Positions 43,598-53,200 of a DNA stretch of 62,358 nt are shown here, one piece after another. A program made the position numbers and the translations under genes. The notes below the pieces were generated by a model. That model was not told the origin of the DNA and did not search any database. It was given only the letters and a program-made list of their open reading frames with translations. The DNA comes from Candidatus Kaiserbacteria bacterium (GTDB lineage Bacteria; Patescibacteriota; Minisyncoccia; Phycocordibacterales; UBA2100): contig JAQBQU010000016.1 in assembly GCA_028286865.1 (NCBI GenBank), forward strand, positions 1-62,358. The letters are read 5' to 3'. Numbering within the stretch: position 1 is the stretch's first letter; each line of letters begins with the position of its first letter.

Positions 43598-43827
43598 TGA
43601 GCACTTTCCAATATACGTTCGTAAAAGGTCGGAGTGATGTATACCCGAGAACGCGTGAGTTCTTGTATGAAAAGCCGTTCGATACATCAGATATGCATGA
43701 ATACGAAGTGCCGCTTGGTCAGGACGGTTTTCCGGAACTAAAGAACCGAGTGCCGCATCCCGACAGCAGAACCGGCTTCCCATTTGAAGCGCTGGAGGGA
43801 AAAGAAGTTGAGCCGATGGTGTATTAG
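43594..43827 (+). pseudogene. displaced C-terminal fragment of the CMAS-like methyltransferase (-1 frame)
   Basis: (L)MSTFQYTFVKG continues the family's conserved C-terminal ...FR....Q..F.K segment. One extra A in the run at 43586-43592 would fuse it in frame. Confidence 0.55.
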
Positions 43828-43830
43828 CCG

Positions 43831-44133
43831 TTACCGATACATCAAAATTCCTATCACAATGAGCGCGTAGACCGGCAAATTGATCGCGTTGAGAAATATG
43901 ATCGGCTTTTGTTTGTGTAGGATTCCGTACATGAGGTAGCCTATCGTTCCGAGCAGGTACGATGTCCATGAATACAGCGACACATCCTGTGCGCTTTTGT
44001 GCAGAAAAATTTCAATAAGCTGTGGGAGCGTTGTGATAGGGCCGACGACACCACCGATATAAATAAGTCCGTCGATCGTTTTTGTGAGCCGTCCCTTATA
44101 TGTCTGCGATACCGCAATAGCATGTAAATGCAT
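43831..44133 (-). CDS. PQ-loop / SemiSWEET-like small membrane transporter
   Basis: About 100 aa with 3 TM helices and a TTLPQLIEIF PQ motif. The start is uncertain (ATG 44133 preferred over ATG 44172). Confidence 0.7.
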   Translation of the reverse strand: MHLHAIAVSQTYKGRLTKTIDGLIYIGGVVGPITTLPQLIEIFLHKSAQDVSLYSWTSYLLGTIGYLMYGILHKQKPIIFLNAINLPVYALIVIGILMYR

Positions 44134-44187
44134 GGGTATAGTATTACATACGATGCATGCTCTTAGGTACATGCTAAAGTAATTTAC

Positions 44188-44544
44188 ATGTCACGTGCGA
44201 TGCTGATCCTCCACACTCTTGTTTTTGCGGCACTCGTCGTTGGCTGCTTTACATCGCCTCTATTCGCTTACTATTATCCGGAACTTTTTAAGATATACGT
44301 ACTCTGGGTCTTTGGCGGGATCGGTATCCTGATACTCGGCTCATGGTATTTCTATAGCGGCGCGTGCCCGCTTACCGTATGGGAAAATGACTTTCGCAAG
44401 AAGGAGGGGAAGGAGCCGTATTCGGAAGGCTGTATGGACCGGTATGCAATGCGCTGGTTTGGCTTGAAACTGCCCCCTCATTTTAGCGATATCGTTCCGA
44501 TTGCTATCCTTTTCATCCCATTGATCACTCGAATCTTCGTCTAA
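44188..44544 (+). CDS. DUF2784-like membrane protein
   Basis: 118 aa with TM helices and a GACPLTVWEN motif. TGcTAAAGT lies 7 nt before the ATG. Confidence 0.6.
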   Translation: MSRAMLILHTLVFAALVVGCFTSPLFAYYYPELFKIYVLWVFGGIGILILGSWYFYSGACPLTVWENDFRKKEGKEPYSEGCMDRYAMRWFGLKLPPHFSDIVPIAILFIPLITRIFV

Positions 44545-44750
44545 TCGCGCCAAAGTGCGATTCATTGCGCCCTCATTACAAAGGGGCATAATGACTTCAT
44601 GATGAAGATCATCGCCATTGCAGTCATATTGATCTTCCTGCTGCTCATAGCGGTGCTTGGCCCCACAGTATTCATTGAAAAATTCAAGATAGACGCCTGG
44701 AAGGATGATGAGTGATGGTGTCCGCTTCGTCGCTGCAGTAGAATCACGGA

Positions 44751-45416
44751 ATGAAAGATGTGAAGATCGGCGGCGGGTGGAAGGGGGAGCTGGGGGATCA
44801 ATTCGAGCAGCCGTACTTCAAAGAACTGACGGACTTCGTCCGTGAGGAATATCAGAAAGCGACGGTGTATCCGGCGCCCAAAAATCTCTTCCGCGCATTC
44901 GATGAAACACCGTTCGATTTGGTGAAGGTCGTGATCTTGGGCCAGGATCCATATCATGGGCCGGACCAGGCCAACGGTCTGTGCTTTGCAGTGAATCCGG
45001 GCGTGAAAGCACCGCCATCGCTCCAAAACATTTTCAAAGAACTTGAATCCGATCTGGGACGTCCCGTCGATCGTGACCCGGATCTCATCCGCTGGGCAAA
45101 ACAGGGAGTACTCCTGCTCAATGCGACCCTCACGGTGAATGCGCGGACGCCGGGCTCGCACCAGGGCAAAGGCTGGGAGCAGTTCACCGACGCCGTGATA
45201 AAGAAGCTCAATGATAAGAAGGAGGGAATAGTCTTTATATTGTGGGGCAATTACGCCAAGCAGAAGGGCGTGCACATTGACCGCACAAAACACCTCGTCA
45301 TCGAATCGCCCCACCCGTCGCCCTTCTCGGCACACAGCGGATTCTTTGGCTCAAAACCGTTCTCGAAGGCCAATTCTTATCTCGAACAGCGCGGAGAAAG
45401 AGGGGTCGAGTGGTAG
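44751..45416 (+). CDS. ung: uracil-DNA glycosylase, family 1
   Basis: GQDPYHGPDQANGLCFAV and HPSPFSAHSGFFG motifs are present. TAGAAT lies 6 nt before the ATG. Confidence 0.95.
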   Translation: MKDVKIGGGWKGELGDQFEQPYFKELTDFVREEYQKATVYPAPKNLFRAFDETPFDLVKVVILGQDPYHGPDQANGLCFAVNPGVKAPPSLQNIFKELESDLGRPVDRDPDLIRWAKQGVLLLNATLTVNARTPGSHQGKGWEQFTDAVIKKLNDKKEGIVFILWGNYAKQKGVHIDRTKHLVIESPHPSPFSAHSGFFGSKPFSKANSYLEQRGERGVEW

Positions 45417-45472
45417 GTGACGCTATCCCCATACGGTAATGGCTGGGCGCACGGTCGCGGTATAGTTCATGA

Positions 45473-46102
45473 ATGAAAATGATACGACCGATAGTTTATT
45501 CAATTATTGGAGCAGTTGTCGGACTTATCGCGGGATTCTTGATCGAGGGCCTCATTTTCTCGGATGCCACGACGGGAAATATCTTGCTGGTTGTGCCGCT
45601 CGTGTGCGCGGTCATCCTCGGATATGCGTGTTATCGATTTGGTAACAAAATGAGCGTCATGCAGGACCGGTCGGAAAAGTCGCATGGTTATTTTTCGGTC
45701 GCGAACACGATCGGCGCGTTCATACTCGTGATCCCCGCTGTGATCAGCGTGGGTGCTACTGCCCTCGCGCCGACGCTTACGAACAGCTTCGTGATCTCTC
45801 TCGGAATCACGATTGCTTCGGTCATACTTGCGACATGGCTGGGAGTACGCTACGCCAGTAAGAAAGGCACGCTACTTTCAATACATGACCCCATGAAGAC
45901 CTCCGTATGGGTCACCGGACTTTTTGCAGTCCTCTACGTAATTTTCTACGGCCTTATTGCGGGCTCCCAGCCGAGTGCGGTCGGTACGGTGACTGTGATA
46001 GGTGTGATAGTAAATCTCGTCGTGATCGGTGCAGCAGTCTATTTCTTTGTCCAAGCGGCATTCTCTCGAACTGTGGCGTCCGCCGCAGTCGCATCGCTCT
46101 AA
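45473..46102 (+). CDS. hypothetical polytopic membrane protein
   Basis: 209 aa with about 6 TM helices. TATAGT lies 6 nt before the ATG and a strong terminator follows. Confidence 0.65.
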   Translation: MKMIRPIVYSIIGAVVGLIAGFLIEGLIFSDATTGNILLVVPLVCAVILGYACYRFGNKMSVMQDRSEKSHGYFSVANTIGAFILVIPAVISVGATALAPTLTNSFVISLGITIASVILATWLGVRYASKKGTLLSIHDPMKTSVWVTGLFAVLYVIFYGLIAGSQPSAVGTVTVIGVIVNLVVIGAAVYFFVQAAFSRTVASAAVASL

Positions 46103-46112
46103 GTATCACGTG

Positions 46113-46151
46113 AGGCCGAGGGTCCCTATCAGGGACCCTCGGCTTGTTTTT
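46113..46151 (+). terminator. rho-independent terminator
   Basis: GCCGAGGGTCCCT-atc-AGGGACCCTCGGC stem followed by TTGTTTTTT. Confidence 0.8.
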
Positions 46152-46256
46152 TGCACCGATTTCCGCTACATTACTCATACGCCTAAGGGTTTCCGCCTGT
46201 GTGGCGGCTTCTTTTTTAAACCGTTCTACTATTATTTAGCCCGCTAATACATCTAT

Positions 46257-48398
46257 ATGTCACGCGATTATCCACTCGAAAAAGTACGTAACTTCGGTAT
46301 CGTTGCCCACGTTGACGCGGGCAAGACGACCACGTCCGAGCGCATCCTTTACTACACGGGAGAGAGTCACAAGATCGGTGAAGTGCATGATGGCAACACG
46401 GTCACTGACTGGATGGAACAAGAGCGCGAACGCGGCATCACCATCACCGCCGCCGCGATCACGTGTTTCTGGAACCCGTCGTATATGGGAGCTGACACCA
46501 CCAATAAGGTCCGCTTCAACGTGATCGATACTCCGGGACACATCGACTTCACCTCAGAAGTGAAGCGCTCGATGCGCGTGCTCGACGGCGCGGTCGTCGT
46601 TTTCGACGGCGTTGCCGGAGTGGAGCCGCAGTCAGAGACCAACTGGCGCTACGCTGAAGAAGCGGAAGTGCCCCGCATTTGCTATATCAACAAGCTCGAC
46701 CGCACCGGCGCGTCATTCGAGAAGTCATACGCATCGATCCTTGACCGTCTTTCGACGAAAGCGGTTCGCATGCAGATCCCGATCGGCGAAGAGGAGGGAT
46801 TTGAAGGTGTTATCGATCTTCTCGGCATGAAGGCCTACAAATTCGAAGGCGAAATGGGACGCAATGTGATCGCCTACGACATTCCTGCGCAATATCTCGA
46901 CGAAGCAAAGAAGTATCACACCGAGTTGGTGGAACGCATCGTCGAAAATGACGATGCGATCATGAGCGAGTTCTTGGAAGGAAAGGAAATTCCGTACGAG
47001 ACTCTCAAGAAGACACTCCGCGCAGCGGTCGTGCTGAACAAGATCTTCCCGGTCTACACCGGCTCATCCCTCAAGAACAAGGGCGTGCAGCTCGTGCTCG
47101 ATGCGGTCGTCGATTACCTCCCGTCTCCACTCGATCTTCCCGCTGCCAAGGGCATCAATCCTGATACAGGCGCGGAGGAGACACGTCCATCACTCGATGA
47201 CGGACCGTTCGCGGCGCTGGTCTTCAAGCTCCAGACCGACCCATTCGTGGGTGCGCTCACATTCTTCCGCGTCTATTCCGGATCGATCAATACGGGAGAT
47301 ACGGTCTACAATTCCGCCAACAACAAGCGAGAACGCATCGGCCGTATGGTGCGACTCCAGGCTGACAAGCGCGAAGAGATCAAGTCGGTATATGCCGGTG
47401 AGATCGCAGCGGTCGTCGGCATGAAGGAAGTGAAGATCGGTCACACGCTCTGTGATGCGGATCATCCGATCGCGCTTGAATCGATCGTTTTCCCGGAGCC
47501 GGTGGTCTCGATGCGCGTCGAGCCGAAGACAAAGGCCGACCAGGAGCGCATGGGCATTGCCCTCTCTAAGTTGAGCGACGAGGACCCTACGTTCCGTGTG
47601 CATTCCGACCCTGAAACAAATGAAACGATCATCTCGGGAATGGGAGAACTGCACCTCGACATCATCGTCGATCGTATGAAGCGCGAGTTCAACGTCGAAG
47701 CGACGACCGGCAAGCCGCAGGTCGCATTCCGCGAGACGATCCAAGGAACTGCCGATGTCGAATACAAACACATCAAGCAGACAGGTGGTCGTGGTCAGTA
47801 TGGTCACGTGAAGATCCGTGTGAAGCCACTCGAGGCATTGGTAGAAGGTGAGAAGATCAAGAACAATGTCGAACGAGAAGATCACTTCGAATTCATCAAC
47901 AGCATCAAGGGAGGAGTCATCCCGCAGGAATTCATTCAGCCGGTTAAGAAGGGCTTCAAGGAGGGAATGGAGCGCGGAGTGCTGGCCGGATTCCCTATGG
48001 TGGATGTGTCGGTCGAGCTTTACGACGGATCGTCCCACGACGTCGACTCTTCAGAGATCGCCTTCAAACTCGCCGCACTCAATGCGTTCCAGGATGGGAT
48101 GCGCAAGGCAAAGCCGGTCATTCTCGAGCCGATCATGAAGCTCGAGGTCGTCGTCCCGGAAAAGTTCATGGGTGATGTCACGGGTATGATCAACTCCAAG
48201 CGCGGTACCATCGAAGCGATGGGTGAGCGCGGACAGGCACGTGTCATCACAGCCAAGGTGCCGCTTTCGGAACTCTTCGGCTTTACGACACAGCTTCGCT
48301 CTCTCACAGAGGGCCGCGGCGTCCCGAACCTCGAGTTCTCGCACTACTCGGTGGTGCCACGTAACGTTCAGGACGAGATCATTGCGAGTCGTCAGTAG
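46257..48398 (+). CDS. fusA: elongation factor G
   Basis: 713 aa with GTPase motifs AHVDAGKTT, DTPGH and NKLD, plus EF-G domains II-V. Confidence 0.97.
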   Translation: MSRDYPLEKVRNFGIVAHVDAGKTTTSERILYYTGESHKIGEVHDGNTVTDWMEQERERGITITAAAITCFWNPSYMGADTTNKVRFNVIDTPGHIDFTSEVKRSMRVLDGAVVVFDGVAGVEPQSETNWRYAEEAEVPRICYINKLDRTGASFEKSYASILDRLSTKAVRMQIPIGEEEGFEGVIDLLGMKAYKFEGEMGRNVIAYDIPAQYLDEAKKYHTELVERIVENDDAIMSEFLEGKEIPYETLKKTLRAAVVLNKIFPVYTGSSLKNKGVQLVLDAVVDYLPSPLDLPAAKGINPDTGAEETRPSLDDGPFAALVFKLQTDPFVGALTFFRVYSGSINTGDTVYNSANNKRERIGRMVRLQADKREEIKSVYAGEIAAVVGMKEVKIGHTLCDADHPIALESIVFPEPVVSMRVEPKTKADQERMGIALSKLSDEDPTFRVHSDPETNETIISGMGELHLDIIVDRMKREFNVEATTGKPQVAFRETIQGTADVEYKHIKQTGGRGQYGHVKIRVKPLEALVEGEKIKNNVEREDHFEFINSIKGGVIPQEFIQPVKKGFKEGMERGVLAGFPMVDVSVELYDGSSHDVDSSEIAFKLAALNAFQDGMRKAKPVILEPIMKLEVVVPEKFMGDVTGMINSKRGTIEAMGERGQARVITAKVPLSELFGFTTQLRSLTEGRGVPNLEFSHYSVVPRNVQDEIIASRQ

Positions 48399-48416
48399 AT
48401 AAGCATTGGATGAAGA

Positions 48417-48444
48417 AAACCGCCGGTTCCAGCCGGCGGTTTTC
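48417..48444 (+). terminator. rho-independent terminator after fusA
   Basis: AAAACCGCCGG-ttcca-GCCGGCGGTTTT. Confidence 0.8.
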
Positions 48445-48530
48445 GTACATGAAGTTACTATCCACAACCGGTTCAGGAACGCTTCTTTTCCGTGTCATTC
48501 TAAGGTATTACGAGGTCACTCTTTTTATAT

Positions 48531-50195
48531 ATGTTCAAGCGAATCGCAGTTACAGGTCTCGGTCTAGCACTCCTTGCTACGCCATTCGTTGCCTCAGCGG
48601 ACCTTCTCTCCGACTTGCAGGCAAAACTGGTCGCATTACAGTCACAGCTCACTTCAGTGAATGCGAGTGCGGGCACCAACACGTCAGCGGCATGTCCGTC
48701 GCTGAATGCAGTGCTCTCCGTCGGTGCACGTGGCTCGGATGTTACGACCCTCCAGACGTTCCTCGTCGCACAGGGCTTCCTTTCATCTGATTCAGCGACC
48801 GGCTACTTTGGCCTACTCACGCAAGGTGCCGTGCAGCGATTTCAGGCGCAAGCAGGTATCGTGTCGTCCGGTAATCCGTTTACCACAGGATATGGCAGTG
48901 TCGGCCGTCTCACGAGAGAGGCGATCAGGAACATGTGTAAGGCTATTTCGACAAATCCTCCGGCCGCGCCGAATGTGACCTTTAGCGCTTCGCCTGCATC
49001 GGGCGCTGCACCGCTCAATGTCACCTTCACCGAAAGCGGACTCCCGGCAGGTACGTACCAAGTGAATTTCGGTGACAGCGCAAACGGCACGATCACCGTT
49101 CCGTCAATTATGTGTATTACGACTCCATGTAATCCCGGACCGCAATCCACTTCACACACCTACTCTCTCGCCGGCACCTATACCGTCACACTCAGCGGCA
49201 CTCCGTGTGCTTCGGGCGCAATGTGTGCGCAGGTAATTCGCACACTCGGCACCGCGACCATCACGGTCAGTGGCGCTGTTTCTCAAGCGGACACAACATT
49301 CACCGCCTCACCGACGTCGGGCACGGCACCACTCACCGTTTCATTTAGTGCAAGCGGCCCATCCGGAACCAACTTCAGCAGTATCAGTTATGGCGACGGC
49401 ACGAGCGGAAGTCTCAATGCGGCGCCCGTATGTGCAAGCTGCAATGCGGCCTCAAGTGCAAGTCATGTCTATGCTACAGCCGGCACGTATACGGTGACGC
49501 TCGGCTACATGCCGCCATGTGCTGTCGGTATGGCCTGCGCACAAGTCGTACAGACCAAGACCGTGACGATCACGGTCAATGCTCCCGCTTCTCAAGCGGA
49601 CACGGTATTCTCCGCCTCGCCGACCTCGGGCACGGCACCATTGAGTGTCGCGTTTAGCGCAACCGGCCCCTCAGGAACCAATTTCAGCAGCATCACCTTC
49701 GGTGATGGCACAAGCGGAAGTCTCAATGCTGCACCGGTCTGCGCGAGCTGCAATGCTTCGTCGGCTGCGAGCCATACTTACACCACCACCGGCACCTACA
49801 CCGCAACGCTCGGATACATGCCACCGTGCCCAAGCGGTATGGCATGTACACAAGTGATGCAGACCAAGACGGTTACAATTACGGTGAGTGGTTCGCAAAA
49901 TCCGACGATCGTAATGCCGACGTGCTCTGAAACATTCTCATCGTCGACTACCGGTACCGGGATCTATTTCACCGATTCTTGGACATCATCGACGGACGTC
50001 ACCTCAATGACACTCACCATCACCCGAGGCGGTCAGGTGGTCGTCGGCCCCGGCCCGTCGGGAGTCAATGGCTCATACCAAACGAAATGGGATGTCGCGG
50101 GTACGTACCAGTACAACAGAAAAATAAATAGCGGCAATGCATATGCCGAATGCAACGCGACCCTTGTCGTACAACAAATGTCGCAGACGCAGTAG
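48531..50195 (+). CDS. secreted PG_binding_1 + three PKD-like module protein
   Basis: 554 aa. It has a signal peptide MFKRIAVTGLGLALLATPFVASA and a peptidoglycan-binding-like repeat (GSDVTTLQTFLVAQGFL...GYFGLLTQGAVQRFQ). Three F(S/T)ASP(A/T)SG(A/T)APL(N/T/S)V(T/S/A)F modules carry conserved Cys pairs. Confidence 0.85.
   Translation: MFKRIAVTGLGLALLATPFVASADLLSDLQAKLVALQSQLTSVNASAGTNTSAACPSLNAVLSVGARGSDVTTLQTFLVAQGFLSSDSATGYFGLLTQGAVQRFQAQAGIVSSGNPFTTGYGSVGRLTREAIRNMCKAISTNPPAAPNVTFSASPASGAAPLNVTFTESGLPAGTYQVNFGDSANGTITVPSIMCITTPCNPGPQSTSHTYSLAGTYTVTLSGTPCASGAMCAQVIRTLGTATITVSGAVSQADTTFTASPTSGTAPLTVSFSASGPSGTNFSSISYGDGTSGSLNAAPVCASCNAASSASHVYATAGTYTVTLGYMPPCAVGMACAQVVQTKTVTITVNAPASQADTVFSASPTSGTAPLSVAFSATGPSGTNFSSITFGDGTSGSLNAAPVCASCNASSAASHTYTTTGTYTATLGYMPPCPSGMACTQVMQTKTVTITVSGSQNPTIVMPTCSETFSSSTTGTGIYFTDSWTSSTDVTSMTLTITRGGQVVVGPGPSGVNGSYQTKWDVAGTYQYNRKINSGNAYAECNATLVVQQMSQTQ
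49281..49898 (+). repeat. 2 x 309-nt (103-aa) in-frame tandem repeat
   Basis: The units start at TCTCAAGCGG, at 49281 and 49590. The translated units are highly similar (SQADT(T/V)F(T/S)ASPTSGTAPL...QTKTVTITV). Confidence 0.85.
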
Positions 50196-50225
50196 CCTTC
50201 AAAAAAATACGATACAATAAACCCT

Positions 50226-53200
50226 ATGCGATATGCATGGGGTTTATTGTTTGCCCTTTTTCTCCTCCCGACTTTTGCCGCGGCGGATACGTGCCCCGCG
50301 CTCTCGTTGGGCTCGCGCGGCGCAAGCGTAACAGCAGTACAAAAGATACTGTACGCTGCGTACGCGAACTTTCCTCTGCCCACGGGCACGTTTGATAGCA
50401 CGACTCAAACGGCGCTCAAGCAGTGGCAAAAGGAACACGGCATTTCACAGACAGGCACTGTCGGTCCTCTCACGGGGGCGGCGATGAAGCTCTGTGTTGC
50501 TGCATCAACGGTCGTTGCAAATCCGGTCCCTACCACTACCGCTGTCAGTGGCACCCGCACCCTCTCCCGAGGGCTCTCGGGTTCTGATGTCGTGGCACTC
50601 CAGCAGTTCCTCATTTCGCAGAACCTCCTTGCGGCGGGGAACGCGACCGGCTTCTTCGGCGCGCTCACCGAAGCGGCCGTGCAATCATTCCAGCGCGCCC
50701 GCAACATCGTCTCTACGGGCAGTCCTGCCACGACCGGATACGGTGCAGTGGGCCCGAAGACACGGGGAGTGATCGCGAACTCTACATCGACCACAACGAT
50801 TACAACGAATCCGACTACCGGTCCTACCACTACCTCCGTCCCCCCGGTGACGACTCCTGTTATTACAACAGTTCAACCTATCATTACCACTGTTCCGGTC
50901 AGCGGCCCTACGGCATCTCTCACCGGAAACGGTGCTTCATCACTGACCGTCAGAGTCGGCGATACCGTGAATTTTGTATGGTCATCCAATAGTGGTGCAT
51001 CCGCTCGTTCTACCTATGCAACTGAAGTTCCGAATGTCTGCGGCGCAAGCGGCAGCGGTCCGTTCCCGTGGGTGGCCAATACGCTCTCGGGAACAATTTC
51101 AAGCGGAGCCATTCCTGCGTGCTGGGCAGGGCACACATCGACCGGCACATACATAGTCACAGACAGCGCAGGGAGGTCCGCCTCTGCGAGCTTTGTTCTA
51201 AAAGTGTTGTCTGCGGACAGTGGCCCCACCGCCACACTTACCGCCAACGGATCGAACTCGCTTGCCGTCCATGTGGGCGACTCGATCAATTATGCGTGGT
51301 CATCGACCGGCGGCACTTCTGCGAGATCCACATACACGACCGAATCGCCCAATGTGTGCGGTCAGACCGGCAGCGGTCCGTTCCCGTGGGTCGTCAATAC
51401 ACTCTCCGGCACGCTCTCAAGTGGCGCGATACCGACATGCTGGGGCGGACACACAGTGACCGAAACGTTCACAGTGACCGACAGTGCGGGGCGCACGGCC
51501 TCTTCGGTGGTTACGGCGAACGTCCTGTCCGCGGGTCCCGTTGCATCAGTGTTCGAAGGCGACAGCATCACCGTGAATAACGACGCGACCTCATGGCCCA
51601 ACAAGCTCATGACGATCAACAGCCGTCTTGGCGGAGGTGTACTGTATAATTTTGCGCAAAATGGTGACAACGCGGCCGCTATGGTCGGCGAGTATACGAC
51701 GGAAGCACATCAGAAAAAACCGGCAGCAGGCGGCGAGGCGTATTTCTTCCTCTTCGCCGGCGGCAACGACATCCTCGGTGACGTAACCGCTGCGGCTACG
51801 TATGCGAATTTGAAAACGTTGTGGGCCAATGCGCGGGCCGACGGATACAGGGTCGTGGCTTTCACGATCATGAATCGTACGACATTTACCGGCAGCAAGG
51901 CGACGCAGTGGGCAGCGCTCAACAACCTTATCTTGAGCGATCGTACGCTGTACGATTATGTCGTCCGCGCGGACCTTGCGTTGCCGGATCCGACCAGTAG
52001 CACCAATTTCGCCGACGGCACCCATCCGACCCCGGCCGGCTATGCGGTGATAGCCAATGCGGTCAATAACGCACTTACCGCCTCCGTCGACCTCAAAGGC
52101 AACGGTTCTGACGGCCCCGTGAATGCAAAAGTAGGCGACAGTGTGACCTGGTCATGGACATCTCAAGGGGTCACCTCGTGTGCACAAAGTTATACGGGCA
52201 CGAGTACGGGAGCGCCCGCAGATTGGGGCACATCCGGAACGAAGGTCATTGGTCCGTACCCATCATCCGCCGCGGGCTCCTACACGATCCTCATGGCCTG
52301 TACGACATCGAGCGGAGGTACCGTATCGGACACCGTGCAGCTCAACGTGGCTGCGGCCACGAACGCATCTTGTACGGTGGGCGGCGTCACGATCGCGAGC
52401 GGCGCTTCACAAACATTCTACTCATCGCAGAGCGTCGCATCGGGCTCCTCATGTTCCGCTGTGTCTCAAACCCGCACCTGCACCAACGGCGTACTTTCCG
52501 GTAGTGCTTCATATCAATACGCATCGTGTTCCGCCGCAACTGCTACTGCCGGATGGGATAACGTAAAGACCGCGGTCGGTAACTGCTCCGCTGCGACCGG
52601 CAACGGCTCGACGGACGACACGGCGGCGATGCAATGTCACTTGAACTACATGTACAACACCTACGGCGGCGGCATCGTGTACGTCCCGCCGGGGACATAC
52701 CGCGTCTCCGGCGGCGGCCTTACGATCCAGGGGGGTACTGAACTCATCGGGGAAGGCAAAACGGTCTCTGTCATCAAAACGACCTCGGATTCGCCCGTTC
52801 TCACCTTCGACACCACATGCCGAAGCTATCCGGCTGCGAGTAAGTTGTCCATATATGGATACGAAAATGCCGCCGCGACCTCGGACACGGTCACGATCGG
52901 TTTCAACTGCCCGGTAAATCTCCGTGATGACGATATCCGCTACGGACACAACGGTCTCACCAACAGAGGAGTCGACGGGTTTATCGCGGACACATCAATA
53001 TTCGGCTTCAACGCCTCGGTCGTGTCCTATGGCGCAAATTGGTACCTACGCGACACCTTCGCTTCCGTCGGCGGGTACAGCTCCGCCTACGGTTTTTATC
53101 AGGGCGTATCGCAAGGCGGACTTCAGGAAAATCATCTGACACAAACGACGATCACCGGCAATCAGACATACGGCGTCGTCATTGCCGATGCAGATACCAT

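Noticed and set aside
42482-43969. 495-aa minus-strand ORF, the longest unexplained ORF in the track, antisense to the methyltransferase gene.
   Set aside because: Its codons are exactly aligned with the sense codons (42482 and 42431 are in the same phase), so antisense stops can arise only from sense TTA/CTA/TCA codons, which this genome rarely uses. The translated sequence is His/Arg/Phe-rich and shows no motif. The plus-strand product has clear CMAS family motifs. It is a mirror (shadow) ORF.
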